Assembly: GCA_944325575.1 (NCBI GenBank)
Contig: CALVAR010000009.1
Span: forward strand, 7,761-71,760
Source of the DNA: Candidatus Gastranaerophilales bacterium
GTDB taxonomy: Bacteria; Cyanobacteriota; Vampirovibrionia; Gastranaerophilales; Gastranaerophilaceae
Length of the DNA stretch: 64,000 nt
Reading direction: 5' to 3'
Shown one piece after another: positions 30,669 to 40,076 of this stretch. Position 1 is the stretch's first letter; every line of letters begins with the position of its first letter. The translations under genes and the position numbers were made by a program. The notes below the pieces were generated by a model that was given only the letters and a program-made list of their open reading frames with translations, was not told where the DNA came from and made no database searches.

Positions 30669-31075
30669 TGCTGAAAAATATATATTTGTATCTTAAATTT
30701 TATTATCAAAAATTTTTTACCTCAAAATATGAAATTGAGGGGAAATGCAATCAATGCGGGGAGTGCTGTAAAAATATAGTTTTTATGATTGAAGACAACT
30801 ATGTATGTGATGAAAAACAGTTTGAAGATTTAAAACAATTTGATAAAAAATATCACCATTTTGATATCGCAGGAAAAAATGATAAAGGTGTTTTGCTTTT
30901 CAGGTGCAAATCACTTGATAATAATAACAGATGCAAAGATTATTTCTGGCGTTCAATATATTGCAGAGCATATCCTAAAGTCATTGATAAAATAAGACTT
31001 GGGGGATGTGAAACTTTCGATACCTGCGGTTATAAAATTAAAATCAATAAAGATTTTAAAAATTATTTGAAATAG
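30668..31075 (+). CDS. YkgJ-family cysteine-cluster protein (UPF0153)
   Basis: CNQCGECCKN (CxxCxxCC) plus downstream Cys residues (FRCK, RCKDY, YCRAYP). GTG start overlapping the upstream stop. Confidence 0.7.
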   Translation: MLKNIYLYLKFYYQKFFTSKYEIEGKCNQCGECCKNIVFMIEDNYVCDEKQFEDLKQFDKKYHHFDIAGKNDKGVLLFRCKSLDNNNRCKDYFWRSIYCRAYPKVIDKIRLGGCETFDTCGYKIKINKDFKNYLK

Positions 31076-31227
31076 TTAAAAAGAACATTACAAAAGCTTT
31101 ACATTGTTTGTAATTCAAGCAATTTTCAACTTCGTTTTGTTTTATTAGTTGTGTGTGAAGTATAGCAGGAGTTTATGCTATTCTGCTTTGAATAGGCTTG
31201 TGCTAAAAAAATGAAAGGTCATTCGGG

Positions 31228-31788
31228 TTGATTATCAAAAACAAAGCAATTAAGAGTGTTCTTGATTTTTCGGGCAAATATCTGCATGCACCGGAGCAGC
31301 GTATTATTCTGGGCGCTACTGCTTTGGCTACCCAGCCTTTGATTGACTTAAAAAATAAAAATGTTGATGAAGAAACACGAAAAACTTCTGTTGCAAGAAC
31401 TATTGCAAAGATTATTGCGGGCACTTTGGTCGGTGTTGCCGTAAGATATGCAGGCATAGCTTTTGTAAGAAGGTATACAAAATACACTCCCGTTATTAAT
31501 GCTCAGGGCTTAGTAGAAAAGTTAATACCTCAAAAAGGCAGAAGCTTTTTTGTTCCGTTGTTTACAAAGAAGTTAAAACCGGGTCAGGAATCTATTTTCC
31601 CTATTTCCAAGAAAGCTCTTGATAAAAGAATTGAAAAGTACATAAAAGCCATGGGAACTCTGGCTGCAACAATAGCTATGATAGGAACAAATTTCCTATG
31701 CGATGCGCCTTTGACAAAATGGATGACAAATATATTCGTAAAAAAAATTGAAAAAGATAAAACAATAAAAGAATCGGAGGGCAGATAG
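31228..31788 (+). CDS. Hypothetical membrane protein (paralogue of the next gene)
   Basis: ORF with TTG start and two hydrophobic helices (IIAGTLVGVAVRYAGIAFV; MGTLAATIAMIGTNFL). No family recognised. The start is uncertain. Confidence 0.45.
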   Translation: MIIKNKAIKSVLDFSGKYLHAPEQRIILGATALATQPLIDLKNKNVDEETRKTSVARTIAKIIAGTLVGVAVRYAGIAFVRRYTKYTPVINAQGLVEKLIPQKGRSFFVPLFTKKLKPGQESIFPISKKALDKRIEKYIKAMGTLAATIAMIGTNFLCDAPLTKWMTNIFVKKIEKDKTIKESEGR

Positions 31789-31789
31789 T

Positions 31790-32530
31790 ATGCAGACTCC
31801 GAAGTTTATGCAAAATTTTATTCAGTATATGTTTGATCATTACTCAAAAGATGGCGGCAAGCTTCTTGTTCATATGGGTGCACTAGGTACTTTGTTCGGT
31901 TCTGTTGCTCAATTAATGGCTGTTGCAACAGACAAAAAACTTGATAAGGATCAAAAGAAATTTTTGCTTCCGCAAGAGGGTGCTGATGCCGTTGTAAGTG
32001 TATTTATGACTTATACTGTATGTGATTTAATAAAAAAATTGGGTGATAAAATAGTCGAAAGCGGCAAATTATTAACAGATGAAGTCGCGGATAAGATTAT
32101 AAAAATAAAACCTGACATTGCTGCTAATATCAATGAATGGAAGAAAATAATTACTCCTGCTGATTTAAAGAAGTTTAAATTATCTCAGCTGTTAAAAGAA
32201 CCTAAACTAATCAAGGCTTTTCAAAATTACGATGATACTGCACTTTCTAAAATAAAACCGGCTGTAAACGCAGCACTTGAGACCTTTGAAACACATAAAA
32301 ACAATGTTGGTATTATATCTACAATTGCTGCATCAGTGCTTGCTATTAATGTAATTACTCCGTATGTAAGGAATATTATAGCTGCAAAACTTCAAAAAAG
32401 GGCATTAAAACAAGAGGCTGTTGAAATAAGAAAACGCCAGATAACTGAAAATATTACACAAAAAAGACCGCTGCCTCCGTCATTTAAAGCTTTCAGAAAT
32501 TATAATCCCTATCACAACATTTCTGTTTAA
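31790..32530 (+). CDS. Hypothetical membrane protein (paralogue of the previous gene)
   Basis: The ATG lies 1 nt after the upstream stop. It has the same layout as 31228-31788 with a longer hydrophilic insert. GGAGG RBS. Confidence 0.5.
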   Translation: MQTPKFMQNFIQYMFDHYSKDGGKLLVHMGALGTLFGSVAQLMAVATDKKLDKDQKKFLLPQEGADAVVSVFMTYTVCDLIKKLGDKIVESGKLLTDEVADKIIKIKPDIAANINEWKKIITPADLKKFKLSQLLKEPKLIKAFQNYDDTALSKIKPAVNAALETFETHKNNVGIISTIAASVLAINVITPYVRNIIAAKLQKRALKQEAVEIRKRQITENITQKRPLPPSFKAFRNYNPYHNISV

Positions 32531-32599
32531 TTATGATTGAAGCTAAGATATGTTTTTTATAAACTAAAGAAAATCGAGTTATTTATAGAGGAAGTATTT

Positions 32600-33874
32600 A
32601 TGTTGTTCTTTAGTTTTGTGTACAATATTGTTTTGATTTTTGCAGCAATCTTACTTTTGCCTGTCATTCTGATTGCATTAATAGTGGTGCCGAAATTTAG
32701 AGCAGGATTATGGACAAAACTGGGATTTTACAGAAATATAAATTTGGATAAAAACAAAGAAACAATATTTTTCCATGCAGTATCCGTTGGAGAAGTTAAT
32801 GCAATAGAGGCTCTTGTCAAAAAAACGAGAGAGGCCTTTCCTGACGTAAACATAGTACTTTCAACCACTACAAAAACAGGACAGGAAATAGCACACAAAA
32901 AACTTTCTGATACTGTTAATATCATCACTTATTTCCCTTTTGATTTTTTCTTTAGCATAAATTCCTTCTTAAACACTATTAAACCAAACAAAATTATAAT
33001 TGCTGAAACTGAAATATGGCCGGATTTTGTTTATCTTGCAAAAAGAAGGAATATTCCCGTTTATATAATAAACGGCAGACTTTCTCCTCATTCGTATAAA
33101 GGTTATAAGAAATTTTCTTTCTTTTTTAAGCCTGTACTTGCTCAGTATAAGGGTATCTTTATGCAGACAAATGATGATGTGCAAAGAATTATAGATGTCG
33201 GTGCAAAACCTGAAATTACAAAATTTATGGGAAATTTAAAATTTGATATAAAGCCGACAATGAATAAAGCACAAGTTACTCAACTTGCAAACGAACTAAA
33301 GCTTAACGGTGCCAAAATGATAGCGGCAGCAAGTACGCATAAAGGTGAAGATGAAATTATTTTAGATGCTTATAAAGAACTAAAGAAGGATTTTCCTGCA
33401 TTAAAACTTCTTCTTGCTCCCAGACATCCAGAAAGATACGAAAAGGTAACCGAATTATTGAAAAAGTCGGGCTTTAAATACGGTAAAAGAAGCAATAACG
33501 ATACTTTTGCAGATAATGATATAATTATGCTGGATACAATGGGTGAACTGATGAAAATGTTTTCTGTATGCCATTTTGCATATATTGGCGGCAGTTTTTC
33601 AAAAACCGGCGGACATAACCCTTTGGAAGCAAATATCTGGGGCAAACCTGTTTTATCCGGAGATTGTGTATTTAATTTTAAAGATATATATGCCTATCTT
33701 ACAAAAACCAATGCTGCAAAATTATGCTCAACGCCTGCTGAACTTTTGCAAGGAATGAAAAGGCTTTTAGAAGATGAATGCTTTTATAAAACCGCTTGTT
33801 GCGATACACGTAAGATTTTTGAAGAAAACTCCGGTGCGGTTGATTTTGTTATCAATGTTTTGAATGACCATTGA
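32600..33874 (+). CDS. waaA: 3-deoxy-D-manno-octulosonic acid (Kdo) transferase
   Basis: FFHAVSVGEVNA, LSTTTKTGQE, ETEIWP, LAPRHPERY and GGSF...GGHNPLE blocks. I prefer ATG 32600 (MLFFSFVYN.., a TM helix) over the TTG at 32537. Confidence 0.88.
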   Translation: MLFFSFVYNIVLIFAAILLLPVILIALIVVPKFRAGLWTKLGFYRNINLDKNKETIFFHAVSVGEVNAIEALVKKTREAFPDVNIVLSTTTKTGQEIAHKKLSDTVNIITYFPFDFFFSINSFLNTIKPNKIIIAETEIWPDFVYLAKRRNIPVYIINGRLSPHSYKGYKKFSFFFKPVLAQYKGIFMQTNDDVQRIIDVGAKPEITKFMGNLKFDIKPTMNKAQVTQLANELKLNGAKMIAAASTHKGEDEIILDAYKELKKDFPALKLLLAPRHPERYEKVTELLKKSGFKYGKRSNNDTFADNDIIMLDTMGELMKMFSVCHFAYIGGSFSKTGGHNPLEANIWGKPVLSGDCVFNFKDIYAYLTKTNAAKLCSTPAELLQGMKRLLEDECFYKTACCDTRKIFEENSGAVDFVINVLNDH

Positions 33875-33901
33875 TATTCAAAAGTATGATAAGATAGATT
33901 T

Positions 33902-36409
33902 ATGCAAGAAAGCTATCTTAAAGACAATTCCGATATATCTTATACTTTTCCTTTCTCTTTGAACGGAGAATATCTTGACAGCCTTTTAAATTTTTATTCT
34001 TCAAAAGAGCAAATTTGCCTTTTGGAAGGACAATCCGGTTCATTTAAAACAGAACTGTTGAAGTATTCTCTCAATTATCTTAAAGACAATGTACTTTTGT
34101 TTAAGTTCAAATGTTTTGAAGGCAGTACGCTTGATGATATTTTTCTTGCATTTTTTGAAGATTTAAAAAAATATTCACAGCAAAAAAAAATTTCTGTTAC
34201 TAAAATTGAAACTACCTCACTTTCAAAAAGGATAAATACTTATCTCAATCATATATCATTGCCTTGTTTGATAGTTATTGATTCTCTTGAAAACGTATTT
34301 AAGAAAAGCAATAAATCAGAACAGAATGAAATACTATCATACATAAAACATTTGAATTCAATGAATAAATTTAAAATTGTTTTGATTTCTTCTTTTTTTG
34401 AAACTGATTTTCAATCCGAATTTGAAAATAAGGTCAATATAAGAATACAGGCGTTTGATAAAGAACAGGTTAAAAAATATTTTGAACATTATTCAATTTT
34501 ATTTGAACCTGACGATTTGGAAAGCTTTTTTAATATAACAAGGGGAAATACTCTTTATGCACAAATAACTGTGGATCTGATAACAACTCTAAAAATAAAC
34601 ATATCCTCTTTACTTTATGAATTCTCTAATAAAAGAATATCGTTTGAAGATTTTCTTCTGCAAAAAGTTGTGACCTTTATTCCTGAAACTGTAAAAAAAT
34701 ACTTGTATACATTGTCTTTGTTTAACCTTGGTATTACGGAACAGTATTTGCTTTCTCAGAATTTTTTTACAAAAGACCAGATTCTTTATCTAACAGAAAA
34801 ATCGTTCTTTTCTGATGAATATGGCTTTTTATTTTTGAAACCATATTTAAAAAAATATTTACAAAGCTTTATAGCTCATTTTGAAAAGATTAAAATACAT
34901 AAATACTGGAGAGATTTTTATTCTTCACAACTTCCGCTGGCTCCCAATCATCGTGCAATTTTAATATCCAGAAATACAATGAGAACACAGATTGAGTATC
35001 ATTCAACTTTTATTATCGAAAAAGCTCATAGCGAAAAGAAACAGGCTGATATGTCACTAATGAGCTATTTAAACAGTAATATTACCGCCTGGAATATTAA
35101 AAACACCAATATAGATGAATCGGAAGAAAATGATGAGCCTAAACAACCTCAGGAACATAAAAAACGCCCTGTGCCGCCAAAGAGTCTTCAAAACAGAGAC
35201 AAAAGATTTGAAAAATATGCTTTAACGAAAGATGAAATATCTCTTTTGAGTCTTCCCGTTGATATGCAAAAAAAAGAAGAAACCGCAACAAAGGAAAAAC
35301 TATACAGAACTTTCGAGCAAAAAGAGGAAGCTTTGGCTTCGGAAAAAAGCGAAAAGTCTTTAAAAGATATTTTCGACAAAGCATGTGAGTTAGAAAATTC
35401 TCATGATTTTGAAGCAGCCTATACTCTATATTGTTCTATGCTTTCATTGAAATCAAACGACGCATTTCAGGACTATGAACCTTTAATAATAGAAAAACTG
35501 GCTTTTTGTTCAAAAAAAATGAATAAAACCACAGATGCGATTGATTTTTATAATAAACTTACAGAGATTTATACTGCCAGAAATAACTCGGAAAAGGTTA
35601 ATGAGGTTAGGTTAAAGATAGCTGCAATTTATAAAGAAACATACAAAATTAACCACGCAAGAGTCATTTTTGAAAATTTTGTAAATAAAAAAACACAGGC
35701 GTCTGACAATATTGTGTTTCATTCTTATGTTGAACTTGCAGAAATTGAAGAAGATTTATCAAATACGGAAAAAGCAGTGGAATATTACAAGAAAGCGTTT
35801 GCACTGCTTGATTCTCCGCTTAATTTGGAAGAAAATTATCTTGCACGGGCTTATTTTAAATATGCATTAATACTCGATGATTATAACCGAACTCAGGCAG
35901 CTCTGGATTTCTATCAAAAAAGTGTAAATGCTGCATCTGATAATTGTATATATAAGTCTGCAGCTTATACCAATATTGCTGAAATTATAAAGGAATCCGG
36001 AAATCTAAAAATGGCTTCTGATTATTATAAAATGGCTCTAAAAACTGATATTACGCAGTCTAATTATGAGGGCGTTTATTATATATGCCTGAAACTTGCA
36101 CATTTGTATGAATCATTTGGTCCCAAACAAGTTCTTAATTGGCTGTTAAAGTCTCTTTCTGCTGCAAAAAGGTCGGGTGAATATCTTTATATTACAAATG
36201 CCTATATAGAGGCTGGTGATTATTATAATGATAATGCTAATTATGAAAAGGGCTTTAAGGCATATCTTCTGGCTCATAAGAATATTAAGAAGACGGAACA
36301 TTCTCAAGAAGAGAATAAATCACTTGTTATGCGTATTGATGACATAAAGAAAAAACTATCAAAAGAACAGATTTTAAAAATAGAAAAAGAAGTGAATCAG
36401 GATGATTGA
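33902..36409 (+). CDS. Large P-loop-like NTPase domain + C-terminal TPR protein (STAND-like architecture, deviant Walker A)
   Basis: N-terminal LLEGQSGSFKTELL (Walker-A-like, Phe in place of the second Gly), LIVIDSLEN (Walker-B-like), a K/E-rich linker, then TPR-like repeats in the last ~330 aa. Confidence 0.55.
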   Translation: MQESYLKDNSDISYTFPFSLNGEYLDSLLNFYSSKEQICLLEGQSGSFKTELLKYSLNYLKDNVLLFKFKCFEGSTLDDIFLAFFEDLKKYSQQKKISVTKIETTSLSKRINTYLNHISLPCLIVIDSLENVFKKSNKSEQNEILSYIKHLNSMNKFKIVLISSFFETDFQSEFENKVNIRIQAFDKEQVKKYFEHYSILFEPDDLESFFNITRGNTLYAQITVDLITTLKINISSLLYEFSNKRISFEDFLLQKVVTFIPETVKKYLYTLSLFNLGITEQYLLSQNFFTKDQILYLTEKSFFSDEYGFLFLKPYLKKYLQSFIAHFEKIKIHKYWRDFYSSQLPLAPNHRAILISRNTMRTQIEYHSTFIIEKAHSEKKQADMSLMSYLNSNITAWNIKNTNIDESEENDEPKQPQEHKKRPVPPKSLQNRDKRFEKYALTKDEISLLSLPVDMQKKEETATKEKLYRTFEQKEEALASEKSEKSLKDIFDKACELENSHDFEAAYTLYCSMLSLKSNDAFQDYEPLIIEKLAFCSKKMNKTTDAIDFYNKLTEIYTARNNSEKVNEVRLKIAAIYKETYKINHARVIFENFVNKKTQASDNIVFHSYVELAEIEEDLSNTEKAVEYYKKAFALLDSPLNLEENYLARAYFKYALILDDYNRTQAALDFYQKSVNAASDNCIYKSAAYTNIAEIIKESGNLKMASDYYKMALKTDITQSNYEGVYYICLKLAHLYESFGPKQVLNWLLKSLSAAKRSGEYLYITNAYIEAGDYYNDNANYEKGFKAYLLAHKNIKKTEHSQEENKSLVMRIDDIKKKLSKEQILKIEKEVNQDD

Positions 36410-37124
36410 AAAAGAACAAATTGAACTAATCGAAAAATTGACGGGTAATAAGCTTACAAAATTAGCCGAACAGCAACTCAATGATTTTACACAAATTTTT
36501 AAAATTTATAATTCTCATACAAATCTTGTAAGTAAAAATGATGAAAAAAATCTCTTTGAAAAGCATATTTATGATTCATTAAATTTATGCTTATTCCTTG
36601 AAAAGTATAATATAAAGACAAATGCAAAAATTTTGGATATAGGAACAGGCGGAGGGTTTCCCTCTATTCCGTTAAGTATTCTTTATCCTGATATACAGAT
36701 ATATCCTCTTGATTCTATAGCAAAGAAAATTGGCTTTGTGGAACTTGTTCAAAAAGAATTGAGACTGGACAATTTGCATCCCATCTGTAAAAGAGCAGAA
36801 GAAATAGATGATAATTATAGAGATTATTTTGACGTAGTTACATCCCGCGCTGTTGCTTCATTAAATATTCTTTTGGAATATTCCGTACCATATGTTAAGG
36901 TAAACGGTTACTTTGTTGCATTTAAGTCAAAAGGTGCTGATGAAGAACTCGTTTTGGCACAAAATGCCTTATCTGTTTTAAAATGCAAAACGGTAGATCG
37001 TATCCAATACAATCTGCCGTCTTTAGAAATGTACAATAGAGAATTAGTAGTTATAGAAAAACAGGAGTCTACTTCCCGCATTTATCCGAGAAAATCCGGT
37101 CAGGCTAAGAAAAATCCTCTTTAG
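36402..37124 (+). CDS. rsmG: 16S rRNA (guanine527-N7)-methyltransferase
   Basis: NLVS....EKHIYDSL, ILDIGTGGGFPSIPL SAM motif, DVVTSRAVA. The start overlaps the upstream gene by 8 nt. Confidence 0.9.
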   Translation: MIEKEQIELIEKLTGNKLTKLAEQQLNDFTQIFKIYNSHTNLVSKNDEKNLFEKHIYDSLNLCLFLEKYNIKTNAKILDIGTGGGFPSIPLSILYPDIQIYPLDSIAKKIGFVELVQKELRLDNLHPICKRAEEIDDNYRDYFDVVTSRAVASLNILLEYSVPYVKVNGYFVAFKSKGADEELVLAQNALSVLKCKTVDRIQYNLPSLEMYNRELVVIEKQESTSRIYPRKSGQAKKNPL

Positions 37125-38801
37125 CTATCCCATTGCTGCAAATCGTTCTTCCGGTTTTTCTTTTTTGACAATAACATATTTTTGTTCAGATGTTTCCGGC
37201 TGTATGAATCCTACAGGTCTTCTTTTTGTACCTCCTGATGCTTTTATATTCTGGCTTATGTATTTATCAAGACCTTTATAAAAATCTTCTTCTGTCAGTA
37301 TTATATTTTTTATGTCTTCTTCTTTAATAAGATCCTGTTCAATTTTTTCAAATATGTTGAGTCTTTCAAATGCCATATCATAAGCATTGTCGTTAATACA
37401 TTTTAAGTCGGAACCGTTCAAGCCCTTATCAAAAAGTTTTTTTGCAAATTTATTTTTATCAAAATTCTTATCAATATTAAAATTCTTGAGCTGCTTCTCC
37501 AGAATATCCTTAATATCATCTAAACTCGGCGCCTTTATTTCCAATTGCTTTCCGAGTCTTCCTCCTCTTACAACGGCATCATCCAGCATTTCTATTTTGT
37601 TTGTTGTAGAGATAACAAAAACCTGCTCATTATTTTTTTCCAAATCACTCAACAGAGATAATATCTGGTTAAGTTCATCCGCTGCATACGGCTGTAGTGA
37701 GCTTCTCTGCTTAAAAACAGCATCACATTCATCTACAAGAATTATGCTGGGCTGATTGTCAATTGCATCTTGAAACAGTTTTCTCCAGTTTGCTTCTGTC
37801 TGTCCTACGAGTCCGCCTCTTAGAGAACCTGCATTTACTTCAAAATAGGCGGCCCCTGCATCGTTAGCAAGAGCTTTTGCCACAAATGTTTTGCCGGTGC
37901 CGGGAGGACCGTATAAAATAATACCGTGGTTAAGATTTCTGTTCGCATACAAGTCGGGCCTTTTTATAGGGTAGAGGATATTTCTTTTAAGCTCTTTTAT
38001 GACATCTTTCATCCCGCCTACATCGGCAAGCCCGAATGTTTTAGCTGCAGATTCATCCGTAAACAAATCTTTGAATGTCTTTTTGTTTATATTATCAATG
38101 GATTTTTTTACATCATCAGTTTTATTAATAGGAATGGCAAATTGAGGTCTGAGCATACTGAGATTTTCGCTTGATTTTTCTTTTATACTAAATTGAAAGG
38201 TATTGTCCGGAAATTTTAGTATATCCATACCCAGATTTTCACCAATATGTACTTTTGCATCCTCTTGCAGCCATATGCTGCTTTTGGGGCCTACAAGATA
38301 GTTTTTCTTTTCTAAATTTGTTATCAGTATCGGATTTTCTCCCAGATTAATTAGGCCGGGGGCCAAATCTGTTCTTACAACCGCAATTGCTTCAGGTATA
38401 TTTTCTTCCGGAACAAAAAATATTCGTTTTATAACTTCATCAAAAACACCTGACGCTTTATTCAAAAGAGTTTGTGCTGTTTTTTTATTTTTGGCTGCTA
38501 CTATTACATCAGATGAGCCTATAATTTCATACAAGGATGCTAGTCTTTCTTCAAAAGGAATCCTTTTTATAACAGAAGGAACAATAGATCCTATTTTTTC
38601 TATGCCCTTAAAAGAAACATTATTTTTTTTATTTACAAGCAGATGACCGTAGTTGTAATCTATAAGCTGGTTAGTTTGCAGTTGATTTAGCATAGGAACA
38701 TTACGTGATTGAATATTGCTTTTTAGCACATTTTTTGACTCGTCCGTTTGTGTCTTTTTTGAATATTGTGTCTTAAAAGCATTGATGGAAGTAATTTTCA
38801 T
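37125..38801 (-). CDS. Classic-clade AAA+ ATPase with ~260-aa unknown N-terminal domain
   Basis: GIILYGPPGTGKTFVAKALA (Walker A), SIILVDECDAV (Walker B), second region of homology VISTTNKIEMLDDAVVRGGRLG. The N-terminal region has no motif I recognise. Confidence 0.8.
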   Translation of the reverse strand: MKITSINAFKTQYSKKTQTDESKNVLKSNIQSRNVPMLNQLQTNQLIDYNYGHLLVNKKNNVSFKGIEKIGSIVPSVIKRIPFEERLASLYEIIGSSDVIVAAKNKKTAQTLLNKASGVFDEVIKRIFFVPEENIPEAIAVVRTDLAPGLINLGENPILITNLEKKNYLVGPKSSIWLQEDAKVHIGENLGMDILKFPDNTFQFSIKEKSSENLSMLRPQFAIPINKTDDVKKSIDNINKKTFKDLFTDESAAKTFGLADVGGMKDVIKELKRNILYPIKRPDLYANRNLNHGIILYGPPGTGKTFVAKALANDAGAAYFEVNAGSLRGGLVGQTEANWRKLFQDAIDNQPSIILVDECDAVFKQRSSLQPYAADELNQILSLLSDLEKNNEQVFVISTTNKIEMLDDAVVRGGRLGKQLEIKAPSLDDIKDILEKQLKNFNIDKNFDKNKFAKKLFDKGLNGSDLKCINDNAYDMAFERLNIFEKIEQDLIKEEDIKNIILTEEDFYKGLDKYISQNIKASGGTKRRPVGFIQPETSEQKYVIVKKEKPEERFAAMG

Positions 38802-38846
38802 CTGTAAGTTCCCCTTATATTGTCTATGAACAAAGCATAAAATTTC

Positions 38847-38879
38847 AAAAAAAAACCGCTTGTCTTTTCAGACTCGCGG
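38847..38879 (-). terminator. Terminator-like hairpin + U9 tract on the minus strand, ~45 nt upstream of the AAA+ gene start
   Basis: Minus strand reads CCGCGAGTCT-GAAA-AGACAAGCGG followed by TTTTTTTTT. The stem is 4 bp, a 2x2 internal loop, then 4 bp. Confidence 0.45.
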
Positions 38880-39351
38880 ATGCAATTTTATAGATAAAGT
38901 GTGTTTTTAACAATTATTCAACACTGTTACATACGCAAGTCTAAAGCTGCTTTTTCGTATTGAGCGCATAATCAAAGTTATAGCGGACAATACAACATTA
39001 ATAAGTTCGACCGGCCAATGAAAACAGTGTTTGTAAGATTTGATAGTTTTATACAATTATTGTTTACCCCATTTATGAGTCATTCATAAATACTACATTT
39101 GTAAATGTATTATATATAAAACTACACTATGTTTTGTTTTTCGTCAACACCCTGTTATCCATGTAGTAATTTGTTAAAAATAGCGAATTTACATAAAATC
39201 TTATTAAAATAGCAAAGTTTTTATCAATTTTTTTTATATTTTAAGTAATTTTTTTATAAAAATTAAAAATAATAGTATATTTTTAAGATTATTATTGTAT
39301 ATTTGACACTTTATTTTTGTTACATTTCTTAACAATTAGTCGGGCCAAAAT

Positions 39352-40047
39352 TTATGCATTTGCATATTCTTGTTGATTCTGTTTTTCGTTATCACTATCT
39401 TCTGTCTCTATATAATTATAGTTGCACATTTGTGCGACAGATTTGCCCCACTGTTCAATAATTTCATCCTGAGATAGTTCATACGAGATGGGTTTTCCTA
39501 TTTGTACAATAACTTTTGCTCCAAACGGAATCCAATTATATTTTTCGCATCCGGTAATAGAAATAGGAAGAATATCCCATTTTGCGGCTTTTGCTATTAC
39601 AGCAAAGCCCTTGTTTATTTTTTCAATGGTTTTATTCCTTCTTATACCTCCCTGTGGAAAGATTCCAAGAAGCCAATTTGTTTTGTATAAATCTTTTACT
39701 GTTTTAATAGTTGATACTTCGAGTTTTTCTCTGTTTACGGCAAATGCACCAAGCCAATCCATGTTGAATCTAAAAAGAAATCCGCTGTCTTCAAACAGCT
39801 CTTTTTTTGCCATATAAGCAATTGGTTTTCTAATAGCCACAGAAACAAGAAACGGATCTAAATAAGAAATATGATTGGCTGCGCAGATGAATTTTTTACC
39901 TTTTGGAATATTTTCTCTGCCTCTTATTTCAAACTTATAAAAAAACCAAAATATCGGAATGGCAATAAAAAAGCACCACAAAGCCTGATATAACAGTCTT
40001 ATAATATTAAATTCATTTGAATATCTTCTTGCATAATTCCTTGTCAT
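39352..40047 (-). CDS. plsC: 1-acyl-sn-glycerol-3-phosphate acyltransferase family protein
   Basis: AANHISYLDPF (HX4D), FPQGGIR, ILPISITG blocks. Confidence 0.8.
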   Translation of the reverse strand: MTRNYARRYSNEFNIIRLLYQALWCFFIAIPIFWFFYKFEIRGRENIPKGKKFICAANHISYLDPFLVSVAIRKPIAYMAKKELFEDSGFLFRFNMDWLGAFAVNREKLEVSTIKTVKDLYKTNWLLGIFPQGGIRRNKTIEKINKGFAVIAKAAKWDILPISITGCEKYNWIPFGAKVIVQIGKPISYELSQDEIIEQWGKSVAQMCNYNYIETEDSDNEKQNQQEYANA

Positions 40048-40076
40048 TCAATACCCCTAATTCCAGTTATAAAAAA

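Noticed and set aside
31203-31487. 94-aa minus-strand ORF
   Set aside because: It is antisense to the 31228-31788 membrane-protein ORF and has no RBS. The plus-strand ORF is part of a tightly spaced co-directional gene series.
33902-38801. The NTPase-TPR and AAA+ ATPase genes considered as an anti-phage defence island
   Set aside because: No nuclease, TIR, SIR2, protease, methylase or other effector gene is adjacent. The two genes are on opposite strands, separated by rsmG, and flanked by waaA and plsC. Context argues for core or regulatory functions, so each is reported as an individual curiosity only.
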